From NCBI GenBank assembly GCA_963722305.1, contig CAVRKE010000001.1, positions 181,529 to 245,528 on the forward strand: a stretch of 64,000 bases of DNA, written 5' to 3'. The position numbers and the translations under genes were made by a program. The notes under the pieces were generated by a model that was given only the letters and a program-made list of their open reading frames with translations, ran no database searches and had not been told where the DNA came from. This DNA comes from Candidatus Levyibacteriota bacterium. GTDB taxonomy: Bacteria > Patescibacteriota > Microgenomatia > Levybacterales > UBA12049. Below, in pieces: positions 9,692 through 19,223 of the stretch. Position 1 is the stretch's first letter, and every line of letters starts with the position of its first letter.

Positions 9692-10735
9692 CTATTTTTT
9701 AAGTTCTTGTTTGAAGTAGTCGACCCAGGGGTTGACTGCCGGGTTTTGGCCATAAATGAGTCCAAGATAAAGAGTGAGATAGCTTCCAAAAACCATCACG
9801 TTTAGAAAATCTTCGTAAACATTTGCGCCGTTAGCCTCGTATTCAAAAACTTCGCGTTTATTCTGTTCGATAACTGTTTTTGTCAACACCATTCTTTTTT
9901 TAATCTTGTCCGAATAGTTAGCGGAGTTTAATAAAATAAAAATCAGGTTACTTTCGCTAGGGAATTGTAAGCCTTCCATCAAGTGGTGGTTTAAATCCGG
10001 TACGAGATAAAGCGCGGAAAACGTTTTGCTGGTTTCGTTAAACTGGTTTCTTAAAATCTGGGCATTGCCGGCCAAATGCTCGGCCGCAATCACAATCGGG
10101 ATTTTGTTTTCAAACTGTTTGACTGTGTCCAAGGCTTGTTTTTTAATGGTTGTTTTATTGTTGATGATATTTTCCAGCGCGGCTTTTAACTTCACTTCGT
10201 CAATATCAACGATTCCGGCTTTAAAAAGCAATCCTAATAATCCTAAGACCGAATAGCCATTGCCGAGTCTTGGTACTCCGGCCGGGTTTAACTTGGCATC
10301 AAAAATATAAGCAGGGATATTGTTTGTTTTGGCAAATTCGGCTAAGTCTCCGCCTTTAGTCAAGACTAACATCTTCGCGTTTTTTTCTTTAGCTTCTTTG
10401 GCGCACGATAGAACTTCTTCGGTTGTTCCGGAATAGCTAGTGAGAATAACTAATGTTTTCTCGTTAACATATTTTGGCAAATGGTAATCGCTGACCAGTT
10501 CAAACGGGTATTTCATTTCCGGGCCGACCAACGCACGCGTGACCAAAGCTCCGTAAATTGAAGCGCCCATGCCGCAGCAAACAATATTGGCAATTTGCTT
10601 ATAGTCGTTTGGGACATTTATAAGATTTACTTGCTTCCACGCTTCCTGACATTGTTTGGCTAAAAGTTCGGTTGAACCGAGGGTGTCACGGGGATCAAGC
10701 TTTTTAATCGCGTCAATATTGGTTAAATCAATCAT
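9692..10735 (-). CDS. bifunctional phosphoglucose/phosphomannose isomerase (archaeal-type SIS-domain PGI/PMI)
   Basis: 347 aa with two SIS-like halves (CCGMGASIYGA...SYSGTTEE) and a length typical of PGI/PMI. Confidence 0.65.
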   Translation of the reverse strand: MIDLTNIDAIKKLDPRDTLGSTELLAKQCQEAWKQVNLINVPNDYKQIANIVCCGMGASIYGALVTRALVGPEMKYPFELVSDYHLPKYVNEKTLVILTSYSGTTEEVLSCAKEAKEKNAKMLVLTKGGDLAEFAKTNNIPAYIFDAKLNPAGVPRLGNGYSVLGLLGLLFKAGIVDIDEVKLKAALENIINNKTTIKKQALDTVKQFENKIPIVIAAEHLAGNAQILRNQFNETSKTFSALYLVPDLNHHLMEGLQFPSESNLIFILLNSANYSDKIKKRMVLTKTVIEQNKREVFEYEANGANVYEDFLNVMVFGSYLTLYLGLIYGQNPAVNPWVDYFKQELKK

Positions 10736-11169
10736 TCTTCTCCTCTTTCGATTTTCCTTTGTTCGGGTGTTTCATCCGGACGTTTATAATCGTCTTCGAG
10801 CCGCAGTGTTGTTCCGGCTTCCGGACTGGAAACTTCCACAATATCGCAATCCGTAACCGCTTGATGGCGGTGCTTCTGCCCAACATGTGTCATATAGCCC
10901 AATCCTTTCTGCATCTGCACTGTTTCTATTTCACCATGCTTATTTTCGATAAGTAGATTACATTCACCGCTAAGTAACCAATAAGATTCTTGTTTTTGAT
11001 CATGAACTTGAAGCGAAAGTCTTTGTCCGGCATTGATATGTAAAATTTTGCCCATATATGACATCCCTTCAGGTACCCAATGTAATTCGTAACCCCAAGG
11101 TTTTTCAACTTTTTTAACGTAACCATCATTATTAAATTTTGACCTATCAATATTTTTTAAATCAATCAT
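10732..11169 (-). CDS. cupin-domain protein (mannose-6-phosphate isomerase type II C-terminal-like)
   Basis: Cupin motifs (KPWGYELHW...LHINAGQRLSLQVHDQKQESYWLL) are present. It overlaps the PGI/PMI stop by 4 nt (ATGA), consistent with an operon. The start is trimmed to an internal Met to remove overlap with pgm. Confidence 0.5.
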   Translation of the reverse strand: MIDLKNIDRSKFNNDGYVKKVEKPWGYELHWVPEGMSYMGKILHINAGQRLSLQVHDQKQESYWLLSGECNLLIENKHGEIETVQMQKGLGYMTHVGQKHRHQAVTDCDIVEVSSPEAGTTLRLEDDYKRPDETPEQRKIERGEE

Positions 11170-11173
11170 TTTA

Positions 11174-12568
11174 TTAACGGCCGGATGTGTCCCAGTCTTT
11201 GCTGACAACCTCGAATTTATTAAGCTTCTGTTTAAATAAAGCCTCTAATTTTTCCAGTCCTACTTGAGTTTTTGATTCAAATCTTAACACCAACGTAGGG
11301 GTGTTTGAAGAGGCACGTACAAGACCCCAACCGTCACCCGTATAAACACGAGCCCCATTGATGTCAATGACTTTGTAGCCTTCGTCTTTAAACTGCTTGG
11401 TAAGCGCGTCAACAACTTTATATTTGTCCTCGTCGGTTGTTTTGACCTGAATAGTCGGAGTTGAAATATAGTAAGGGGTGGTTGCGATGACTTGTGATAA
11501 AGTTTTATCCTGGGTTGAAAGGTATTCAAGCATTTTAAGCGCCGCAAATAATCCGTCATCAAATCCGTAAAAGTCGTCAACAAAAAAGATATGTCCGCTC
11601 ATTTCTCCGGCCATAGCCGCTTTCTCTTCTGCCAGCTTCGATTTTATGTATGAGTGTCCTGTTTTCCACATAATTGGAATTCCGCCATGTGCTTTAATAT
11701 CTTCGGGCAAAGCTTCAGAAACCTTGACATCAAAAACTATTTTGGCACCCGGGTGTTTTTGCAGAACCAATCTTGATAATAAGATTATGTATCTGTCCGG
11801 CCAAATCGTATTACCTTTCTCATCAACTAATCCCAGTCTATCGCCATCTCCATCAAAGGCAAATCCAAAATCACATTTGTTTAAAACTGTCTGTTTTCCG
11901 GTATCTTCCATCATTGCTGTCCCGTCGGGATTAGGCGTATAGTTTGGATACGAGGAATCAACGTTGGTAAAATGTTCAACAATCTCAGAACCGGTTTGTT
12001 TTAAAGCCTTAACGTAGACCGGACCAGCCGTTCCATTGCCTGAATTAACGAGAATTTTAAATTTCCGGGTTATTTTGGCCCGTGACAATAAATCTTTAAT
12101 GTAGGCATCTGTAATTTCTGCTTTTTTCACAGAACCGCTACCAACAGCAAATTCATCCTTGGCGATTAGGTCATACACTTCTTGCAGTTCAGCAGTTAAG
12201 AGTGTATAGGATAAATCGGAACCTAACTTAACACCGTTCCAACCGACCGGATTATGCGAAGCAGTTACGGTTAACAAACCTTTAACCTTTAGATAATATT
12301 GCGCCCAATAGCCCATCGGAGTTGTCACTGTCCCAATATCTACGACATTAATACCGCACTCGATAAGGCCTTTGATAGCGTTGGCATGAAAACTTTCTGA
12401 GGTGCGACGCGCGTCATGTCCGACGACTGCTGTATCAATTTTACGCTTGCGAAGAAATGTGCCAAATCCCCGGCCAATGTAATACATCGAAGTGTCATTG
12501 AGTTCGTCATCTGCTTCGCGACCGCGGAGATCATATTCACGAAACATGGTTTTTTTAAGAATTGGCAT
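11174..12568 (-). CDS. phosphoglucomutase/phosphomannomutase
   Basis: The active-site loop TASHNPVGWNGVK and the Mg-binding FDGDGDR are present. The start is taken at MPILKK.. because the upstream extension is low-complexity. Confidence 0.85.
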   Translation of the reverse strand: MPILKKTMFREYDLRGREADDELNDTSMYYIGRGFGTFLRKRKIDTAVVGHDARRTSESFHANAIKGLIECGINVVDIGTVTTPMGYWAQYYLKVKGLLTVTASHNPVGWNGVKLGSDLSYTLLTAELQEVYDLIAKDEFAVGSGSVKKAEITDAYIKDLLSRAKITRKFKILVNSGNGTAGPVYVKALKQTGSEIVEHFTNVDSSYPNYTPNPDGTAMMEDTGKQTVLNKCDFGFAFDGDGDRLGLVDEKGNTIWPDRYIILLSRLVLQKHPGAKIVFDVKVSEALPEDIKAHGGIPIMWKTGHSYIKSKLAEEKAAMAGEMSGHIFFVDDFYGFDDGLFAALKMLEYLSTQDKTLSQVIATTPYYISTPTIQVKTTDEDKYKVVDALTKQFKDEGYKVIDINGARVYTGDGWGLVRASSNTPTLVLRFESKTQVGLEKLEALFKQKLNKFEVVSKDWDTSGR

Positions 12569-12581
12569 AATACATTTAATC

Positions 12582-13271
12582 TTATAGACACAACAGAAAA
12601 AAGTCAATTGACTTTTCCATCGAGTAGGGAACCTTGCCTGTTTTTTGGTTGATTTCAATTTCGAACAACTGGTTATATGTCGCCAGTAGCTTTGCTTTGC
12701 CAAAAGCAGCCGCTTGGCTTCTAAATTTTGACAGCTGCCACGGAGCCAATCTTTTTACCTCGTCAATTTGCATCTCGCCGTTTCCCAGACTCAACATAAT
12801 CCGCAGCTGCCGGGTAATCATGAAAAAAACCAATTCCGGTGCCATGGTTTTTAAAAGTTGATGGAAAAGTTTAATCAAATTTTGTCCGTTTCTCGGCTTA
12901 ATGTTATCTAAAAAGGTAAACAAACCTTGTGGATAAGAAAAAACCTTGACTGTTGCATTTTTAAATGGATTTAGGGATGTTTTTGAAATTTCATCATCTT
13001 CCCAAAAAATAACGTCAATCGTTTTATTAGAATCCAAATATGAGATAATTTTTTTGAATTCAGCGTTATTGGTTTTATTTTTGGAAAAGAAATTTTCAAT
13101 CAGAATTACTATCTTTTCTTCAAAAAAAGTCTTATTTTCCGCTGTCTGAAAAATCTGGTCAAAGGTTATTCCGTCGCCACTAATAAAAACCGGATTCTGC
13201 AATTTATTCTTTTCGGCGAAGTAAAAATTTCGTGAAGACTCAATATCATTTCCGTGAATAATTGTAATCAT
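12582..13271 (-). CDS. DNA polymerase III delta subunit-like protein (short HolA)
   Basis: 229 aa. The N-terminus (MITIIHGND..S) and a C-terminal helical region resemble minimal HolA. Similarity is weak. Confidence 0.4.
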   Translation of the reverse strand: MITIIHGNDIESSRNFYFAEKNKLQNPVFISGDGITFDQIFQTAENKTFFEEKIVILIENFFSKNKTNNAEFKKIISYLDSNKTIDVIFWEDDEISKTSLNPFKNATVKVFSYPQGLFTFLDNIKPRNGQNLIKLFHQLLKTMAPELVFFMITRQLRIMLSLGNGEMQIDEVKRLAPWQLSKFRSQAAAFGKAKLLATYNQLFEIEINQKTGKVPYSMEKSIDFFLLCL

Positions 13272-13744
13272 AGTTTTTTCGTCAAACGTTTGTAATCGTT
13301 AAAAAGTACGTTGGCTGTTCTTCCCAAGTGCCTACTCCGTGTGACATGCGGAACCAAAGCTCCGGAAAAATTTTTGGGAATATGCAGTAGTTCGTGGATT
13401 AAGACTTTTATTTTTTCTTCATCATTTAATTTGTCATAGTGGCGGGATAAAACCTCGATTACATAGGCCGGTTCCAAACTCAGAGCGTCCTGAAAAATTT
13501 TAGGAAAAGACCAAATCCGGGCATATGACCTTGATTTTGAAGCTTGGGTACGGTAACAAAATATTCTTGCTGATTTTACATGTGGCATCTCCAAAACCCG
13601 AAGAATCTTATTAATATCTTTCTTGACATCCGGTGCCTTTTCCCAACCAAGTCCTGAGATTTGATTTTTAATTTTAGTTGTCTTTGGTCTTTGTTGCCTG
13701 TTTTTATAATTGTGAATTGTGAATTGTGAATTGTGAATTATCAT
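13268..13744 (-). CDS. hypothetical HExxH protein (putative metallopeptidase-like)
   Basis: HELLH motif in a 158-aa protein. The first 50 codons run through an (AATTGTG)n tandem repeat, so the real start is probably at MPHVKSARIF. Confidence 0.3.
   Translation of the reverse strand: MIIHNSQFTIHNYKNRQQRPKTTKIKNQISGLGWEKAPDVKKDINKILRVLEMPHVKSARIFCYRTQASKSRSYARIWSFPKIFQDALSLEPAYVIEVLSRHYDKLNDEEKIKVLIHELLHIPKNFSGALVPHVTRSRHLGRTANVLFNDYKRLTKKL
13708..13740. repeat. heptanucleotide tandem repeat (AATTGTG), about 4.5 copies
   Basis: Read directly: ataattgtgaattgtgaattgtgaattgtgaatta, between two minus-strand genes. Confidence 0.8.
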
Positions 13745-14271
13745 TAGGTGTGTTTATCCGCAACGTAAGAGGCAGCATAGGCATCAGGCTTGGTTTTAGC
13801 GACGAAGCCGTTTCCCGTCACCATACCGACCACTTCCTTAATCATCTCCCTGGTATCACCGTGCTCGCCGACATCAACATGGATTTCCAAATTATAATGA
13901 GGAGATTTACCGTTTAAATGTTTTTTAAACATCGGCACAAAACCGGTCGCGAAATTCAAGGAGGTCATCGTTTCAGCATAAATTTTTTCTCGCAGCGAAT
14001 GGATATTCCCAACGCTGACTCTTCGCCAAAAATATTTTCCGCCGAAACCTTTGCGGTGGATTAGAACCGCCGTCACCAAATTAATCTCCCTGGTGCCTTT
14101 TTTAATTTTGGTGCTGTCCGTCTTTTCGTGTGAATCCGTACCAATCACCAAACTATACTCGGCTTTGGAATCTTCTTCCAAAAATTCCTGAATCTTGACG
14201 ATTATTTCATCAACTTTCAGATTTCCGTGGGTTAGGCTATGGAATATTTCGTCCTCTAAGTCGCTATTCAT
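13744..14271 (-). CDS. DUF458/YkuK-like RNase-H-fold protein
   Basis: 175 aa with an IGTDS motif and overall YkuK-like pattern. Low certainty. Confidence 0.35.
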   Translation of the reverse strand: MNSDLEDEIFHSLTHGNLKVDEIIVKIQEFLEEDSKAEYSLVIGTDSHEKTDSTKIKKGTREINLVTAVLIHRKGFGGKYFWRRVSVGNIHSLREKIYAETMTSLNFATGFVPMFKKHLNGKSPHYNLEIHVDVGEHGDTREMIKEVVGMVTGNGFVAKTKPDAYAASYVADKHT

Positions 14272-14350
14272 AAACTGATACGCAGGTTTAGATTATACCA
14301 TAATTTGTCACGCTCTCAGCTTTTCGATCTCAAGCTTCAAATCTTGCTTC

Positions 14351-15523
14351 TCAAGCTTTGAGCAGCCACTTGAAAAAGCCGGTCGTTGATTTATTCAATT
14401 GCTCAAAAATTGTCTGAATCGCTTCATTGGCTTTAAATTTTTTGGTCGGAAGAGAGAGATTTTGATTTTGGATTGAAACGGCAAAGTCTTTAGCCAACAA
14501 CGGGGCTCCTTTAACTTTTGGAAAATTTTTATAACCGGTATAAAGCGGCGTCTGGTTGCCGTTTTGTAAAAAAGACAAATTGTTAAATGACCCCGTGCCG
14601 GCATTCAAAAGAAAAGGCGTAATCGCCACAATGTTTGCATCATTCCAGTAATTGTTGAGAGCCTGATTATAATAGCTGACCTGTAAATTATAGGGAACTT
14701 GGTCGGACGACCAGCCTGTTTCGGTAATAAACACCGGCAACTCCTTGCCCGTCAACTCGTAAACAAGATTATTCTGATAATAAAAACTGTCAATCCCTTC
14801 CCGAAAATCCGACGGGGGAGCGGAAAATCCCGGATTTGGATATGAGTGGCTGCCTAACCCGTCGATTTCGGAAAATATACCGGGCACCGCATCATTCATT
14901 TGTTGCATATAGGTAAATTCGTCGATTGCCAAGGCGTTTAGTTGGTTAATCGAAGCATTATCCAAGCCCGCCGAAATGATAAAAAAGTCAGGGTTCTCCT
15001 GCTTAAAACGGTGGACTGCGTAATCAAGAATTTGGGCATAAGAAGTAGCATCGGGTGTTCCGCCCCATTCGTCACCGCGGTTTGGTTCGTTGTAGACAAC
15101 AATGTAACGGTTTTGCGTTGGCCAGCTAAGCGAATCCAAAAAATTGGCAAAATCAACTATATCGTTGTCGGACGGCTCCGACCACGAAGCGGTGCTAAAA
15201 TAATCTCCGTCGGTTGCCAAGCGAATGATTGGAATAAGATGGTATCGTTTGCAATCGTCCATAAATTTTTGCCATTTATCAAGGTTTTTATCGGAAGCCT
15301 GAATCGGGATGGTCACATATCCCCAGTCGCCGCCTGAAGAATTAACCAAATCGGCCGCCTTACTTAACTCTTCCGGAAAGAGAATGTGGATGCCGAATTT
15401 GTTGTTGGCCACCGATAGCGGAGCGTAAGCGGCAAGTGCTTGTGCTGAAAGAACTTTTGGTGAAAACAACAGTAACGCCGTACTAATAATTACCGCGAAG
15501 CAAACAACTTTTACAATTTTCAT
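14351..15523 (-). CDS. secreted clan GH-A (GH5-like) glycoside hydrolase
   Basis: N-terminal signal peptide (MKIVKVVCFAVIISTALLLFSPKVLSAQA). Acid/base NEP (VVYNEPNRG) and nucleophile ITETGW are typical of (beta/alpha)8 clan GH-A enzymes. Confidence 0.5.
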   Translation of the reverse strand: MKIVKVVCFAVIISTALLLFSPKVLSAQALAAYAPLSVANNKFGIHILFPEELSKAADLVNSSGGDWGYVTIPIQASDKNLDKWQKFMDDCKRYHLIPIIRLATDGDYFSTASWSEPSDNDIVDFANFLDSLSWPTQNRYIVVYNEPNRGDEWGGTPDATSYAQILDYAVHRFKQENPDFFIISAGLDNASINQLNALAIDEFTYMQQMNDAVPGIFSEIDGLGSHSYPNPGFSAPPSDFREGIDSFYYQNNLVYELTGKELPVFITETGWSSDQVPYNLQVSYYNQALNNYWNDANIVAITPFLLNAGTGSFNNLSFLQNGNQTPLYTGYKNFPKVKGAPLLAKDFAVSIQNQNLSLPTKKFKANEAIQTIFEQLNKSTTGFFKWLLKA

Positions 15524-15552
15524 ATCTTTCTATTTTACACCAAACAGCAAAG

Positions 15553-16425
15553 CTAAATCGAGGAAAACCTGGCGAAGATACCGGTGGAGAGTAGTCTTGA
15601 ATTGGATTTTTCCTGTAAAGCCAATTCTCCGTATTCGATTTGTTCGCTATTGAAGTCCAAATAATCTTCCAGCACATTTTTGAGCATTAAGGCTGAAGCG
15701 GAAATTGCATAAGCATTGACAATCACAAACACCGGACGCGGGTTGAGGATTTTTCGGCAGTTTTCTAACAGCTGAGGAAAACTTTGGTTAAAATCCCAAA
15801 TTTCGCCGTTTGGCCCATGGCCGTAAACCGGCGGGTCCATAATAATGGCATCATAAACGTTGCCCCGCCTTGATTCACGGGCAGTGAATTCAACCGCATC
15901 ATCCAAAATCCAGCGAATTTGTTTGTCAGACAGTCCTGAAAGTTCTTGATTTTCTCTGGCCCAGGCAATTGCCGGTTTTGATCCATCCAAATGGGTAACT
16001 TTTGCCCCGTTTGCCGCACAGACAAGACTAGCAATACCTGTATAACCGAACAAATTGAGTACATTGATTTGTTTTTCGCCATCTTTTTTTTGTTTTTTGT
16101 TTATTGTCTTTTGAATAAATTCCCAATTTAACATCTGTTCGGGAAAAACTCCGGTATGTTTAAAAGGAGTCAGTTTGGCATAGAATTTAAGGTTTTGATA
16201 ACTTAACTGCCATTTATCCGGCATATTCGACTTTTTCTTCCAGGCTTCGTTCTCAAAAATTCCATCCGCCATTTGCCATTTGCTATCAACCAATGATGGT
16301 TTCCAGATGGCCTGCGGGTCGGGCCGTGAGATAACATATTTTCCGAATCTTTCCAAGCGCCGTCCGCTACCACTGTCCAGCAGTTCGTAATCTTCAAAAC
16401 CTGATGTTGATAAAATTATCATCAT
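15553..16425 (-). CDS. class I SAM-dependent methyltransferase (RlmI/RlmL-like RNA methyltransferase)
   Basis: GYTG SAM-binding motif (LNLFGYTGIASL) and IIMDPPVYG. Confidence 0.55.
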   Translation of the reverse strand: MMIILSTSGFEDYELLDSGSGRRLERFGKYVISRPDPQAIWKPSLVDSKWQMADGIFENEAWKKKSNMPDKWQLSYQNLKFYAKLTPFKHTGVFPEQMLNWEFIQKTINKKQKKDGEKQINVLNLFGYTGIASLVCAANGAKVTHLDGSKPAIAWARENQELSGLSDKQIRWILDDAVEFTARESRRGNVYDAIIMDPPVYGHGPNGEIWDFNQSFPQLLENCRKILNPRPVFVIVNAYAISASALMLKNVLEDYLDFNSEQIEYGELALQEKSNSRLLSTGIFARFSSI

Positions 16426-16433
16426 TGTCTTTT

Positions 16434-16470
16434 TGAATCATAAATCATAAATCATAAATCTTCAATCATT
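16434..16470. repeat. heptanucleotide tandem repeat (AAATCAT), 3 copies with degenerate flanks, in the divergent promoter region between the methyltransferase gene and obg
   Basis: Read directly: gaatcataaatcataaatcataaatcttcaatcatt. Confidence 0.75.
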
Positions 16471-16490
16471 AGATTTGATAGAATATAAAC

Positions 16491-17456
16491 ATGTTAATCG
16501 ACGAAGCCACAATTACGGTCAAGGCCGGCAACGGCGGAAAAGGTGCGGTCAGCTTTAAAAGGAATGCCCAAACCGCCAAAGGCGGTCCTGACGGAGGGAA
16601 CGCGGGTAATGGCGGAAATGTTTATGTCGTGGGAATTAATGATTTTACCACGCTGACTGAGTTTCGTTATAAAAAAAACGTCAGGGCGGAAGACGGAGTA
16701 AATGGCGGCAGACAAAACCTGTATGGCAGAAACGGCAAAGATTTGACGATACAAATTCCTGTTGGTACCCAAGTCACCAATCTGGATACTCATGAAAGTT
16801 TTGAGGTTACGGATACTGTTTCCAAGATTTTAATCGCCAGTGGCGGTAAAGGCGGAAGAGGCAACAACGAATTTAAATCTGCTACCAATCAAACGCCTTT
16901 TTACGCCGAAAAAGGCGAACCGGGGGAGCAAAAAAGATTTTTTCTTGAGTTGAAACTAATTGCCGACGTTGGCTTAATTGGCCTGCCAAACTCGGGAAAG
17001 AGTTCGCTGTTGAGTGTTTTGACCAACGCCCACCCTAAAATCGGTGATTATCCGTTTACTACTCTTGAACCCAATTTAGGAGTGCTCTCGGGATTGGTAA
17101 TTGCCGATATTCCGGGACTGATAGAGGGCGCATCACAGGGCAGGGGATTGGGAGACAAATTTTTAAAGCACGTTGAGAAAACCCGGATTCTCATCCACTG
17201 CCTTGACTGCCTATCAGATGATTTAAAAAAGGATTACCAAACTATCCGTAATGAATTAGGAGTTTACAACCCGGATTTACTGAATAAGCAAGAACTATTG
17301 GTTTTGACAAAATCCGATTTGGTTGATGAAAAAATTCTCAAAAAAAACATAAAGATTGCGGAAAAATTCAATCAAAATTATTTGACAGTTTCTATTTATG
17401 ACGACCAAAGTCTGGAAACACTCAAAACTAAAATCCTCGCACTGGCTGAAAAATAA
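16491..17456 (+). CDS. obg: GTPase Obg (short form without the C-terminal domain)
   Basis: 321 aa with a glycine-rich N-terminal Obg fold and G1-G4 motifs (GLPNSGKSS, DIPGLIEGA). Confidence 0.9.
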   Translation: MLIDEATITVKAGNGGKGAVSFKRNAQTAKGGPDGGNAGNGGNVYVVGINDFTTLTEFRYKKNVRAEDGVNGGRQNLYGRNGKDLTIQIPVGTQVTNLDTHESFEVTDTVSKILIASGGKGGRGNNEFKSATNQTPFYAEKGEPGEQKRFFLELKLIADVGLIGLPNSGKSSLLSVLTNAHPKIGDYPFTTLEPNLGVLSGLVIADIPGLIEGASQGRGLGDKFLKHVEKTRILIHCLDCLSDDLKKDYQTIRNELGVYNPDLLNKQELLVLTKSDLVDEKILKKNIKIAEKFNQNYLTVSIYDDQSLETLKTKILALAEK

Positions 17457-17460
17457 ACGC

Positions 17461-17486
17461 AAAAAAACCCCTTACGGGGTCTTTTC
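17461..17486 (+). terminator. rho-independent terminator after obg
   Basis: Hairpin CCCC-TTAC-GGGG followed by TCTTTT, immediately after the obg stop. Confidence 0.7.
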
Positions 17487-17649
17487 GGGGTGACTTTCTT
17501 ACGAAGGTCTCCTGCCTTTTTAATACTTGCGTATCTGAAGGTAAAAATTAGTATATACTCCTATACGGTCTATGTCAACTGGGACAATGTGGTACAAACT
17601 AGACCAATATTGGCATATATGTAGTTTGAGCACGTAACGAATGACTCAC

Positions 17650-17988
17650 TTACTCTCTTTCGGAAGAACGCATCATTTCTCCAAAGTCTAAGTCCATATG
17701 ATAGTCCGGATGTAATCTTTGTAGGATTTTCCCCGTTTCTATTCTTGCCAACATGCTATCAGGATCTCCTAAGACCGCGATAGCCTTATACTGTCTGTCA
17801 GCAACGAACCGTCCGTGATCAATAGTACTTGAAGCATGTATTCTCCCATATGTTTCCAGTGGGGGAATTAAGTCATGCTTTGTAGCAAGAGTCACATCGG
17901 TCACCTCATAATCGTCGTTCCTACCAATCGCTACCAGATCTCCGATTCTTACAAATGGAACATCATTGATAACATTTATTTGTCCCAC
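17650..17988 (-). CDS. hypothetical protein (orphan, GC-richer than its surroundings)
   Basis: 112-aa ORF with no recognised motif. It lies between the obg terminator and the IS30 left end, and its composition differs from flanking DNA. Confidence 0.25.
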   Translation of the reverse strand: MGQINVINDVPFVRIGDLVAIGRNDDYEVTDVTLATKHDLIPPLETYGRIHASSTIDHGRFVADRQYKAIAVLGDPDSMLARIETGKILQRLHPDYHMDLDFGEMMRSSERE

Positions 17989-18010
17989 ATAAATTGGGTA
18001 GGTTCTAAAA

Positions 18011-19087
18011 CGAAGTGCAACACTTGAGGTAAAATCAATTACCGAAAGGAGGTGTTGCGCTATGTATAATCATTTAACTCTTGTAGAGCGGGAAGAGCTT
18101 TATGCGCTTAAGCATGCAGGACTAAGTCTGGGAGATATTGCAGATAAATTAGGACGAAACAAAGGCACTCTGTCTCGTGAACTCAAAAGAAACAGAACAT
18201 ATACCAAGGGATTGGAGAAAACTTCAGCCGTATATATTCCCTGCCGTGCACAACAAAAAGCTGATAAGAGAGCAGCTATTCAACGCTCTCAAGCATCCTG
18301 GAAAGGACCGGAGGTCTACTCTTATGTTAAAAAGAAACTAATAGAGAAACAGTGGTCTCCTGAAACAATTGCCGGAAGATTGTCAAAAGATCATCCCGAT
18401 CTTTCAATTGTCCATGAAACTATTTATCAGGCAATCTACAAACCACAGAACAAGCAATTTAAGCTCTGGCAATATCTAACAGTAAAACGCAAGAAAAGAA
18501 TGAAAAAGCTGGGAAGAAGGGTTAATAGAGATAGCCGTATTCCTGAAGCTATTTCGATTGATAGTAGACCCAAATCGATTGACACAAGATTACAACTTGG
18601 CCATTGGGAGACAGATAATGTGATAGGCCGCCAAACTGACAAGACTGCCCTGTCAGTAACGGTTGAAAGAAAACTAAGGCTTACTGTTATGTCAAAGCTA
18701 GCTGCTAAAACAGCAGATGAAAAAACTAAGAAACTGTTTGCTAGAATGAGTCGTTTTCCTGACAAAATCAGAAAAACTCTGACTGCTGACAATGGAGCTG
18801 AAAATACCAAACATAAACAAATTACGGAGAGCTTAGACATGTCTGTATATTTCTGTCATGCATATCACTCCTGGGAAAAAGGAACGGTTGAAAATATGAA
18901 TGGAAGAATCAGGCGTTTTATTCCTAAAGGCATAAGCATGGATCTAATTACCGAAAGAGACGTTGCTTTAATTGAATGGGAACTGAATAATACGCCCAGA
19001 AAATGTTTGGATTGGAAAACACCACTTGAAGTTTTAGGAGAAATCATGCAGAATACAAAAACCTCAAATCGTTGCACTTCGAGCTAG
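18011..19087 (+). mobile_element. IS30-family insertion sequence (about 1.07 kb) with imperfect terminal inverted repeats
   Basis: IRL cgaagtgcaacacttgaggt (18011-18030) matches IRR acctcaaatcgttgcacttcg (19052-19072) in 18 of 20 positions with one indel. A single DDE transposase ORF lies between them. Confidence 0.8.
18062..19087 (+). CDS. IS30-family DDE transposase
   Basis: 341 aa with an N-terminal HTH (LSLGDIADKLGRNKGTLSRELKRN) and an IS30-type catalytic region (HWETD...ADNGAENT...YFCHAYHSWEKG). Confidence 0.85.
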   Translation: MYNHLTLVEREELYALKHAGLSLGDIADKLGRNKGTLSRELKRNRTYTKGLEKTSAVYIPCRAQQKADKRAAIQRSQASWKGPEVYSYVKKKLIEKQWSPETIAGRLSKDHPDLSIVHETIYQAIYKPQNKQFKLWQYLTVKRKKRMKKLGRRVNRDSRIPEAISIDSRPKSIDTRLQLGHWETDNVIGRQTDKTALSVTVERKLRLTVMSKLAAKTADEKTKKLFARMSRFPDKIRKTLTADNGAENTKHKQITESLDMSVYFCHAYHSWEKGTVENMNGRIRRFIPKGISMDLITERDVALIEWELNNTPRKCLDWKTPLEVLGEIMQNTKTSNRCTSS

Positions 19088-19223
19088 AATGTACCTTGAC
19101 ATATGTTGAAGCAAAGTATAATCTTATAGTGAATTAAAGTCAACCCATTACTTGCTTAAACTACATAAGAGCCACAATATTGCATCTTTCAAATTGATTG
19201 CAAATAATGCTATTATATTTTTT

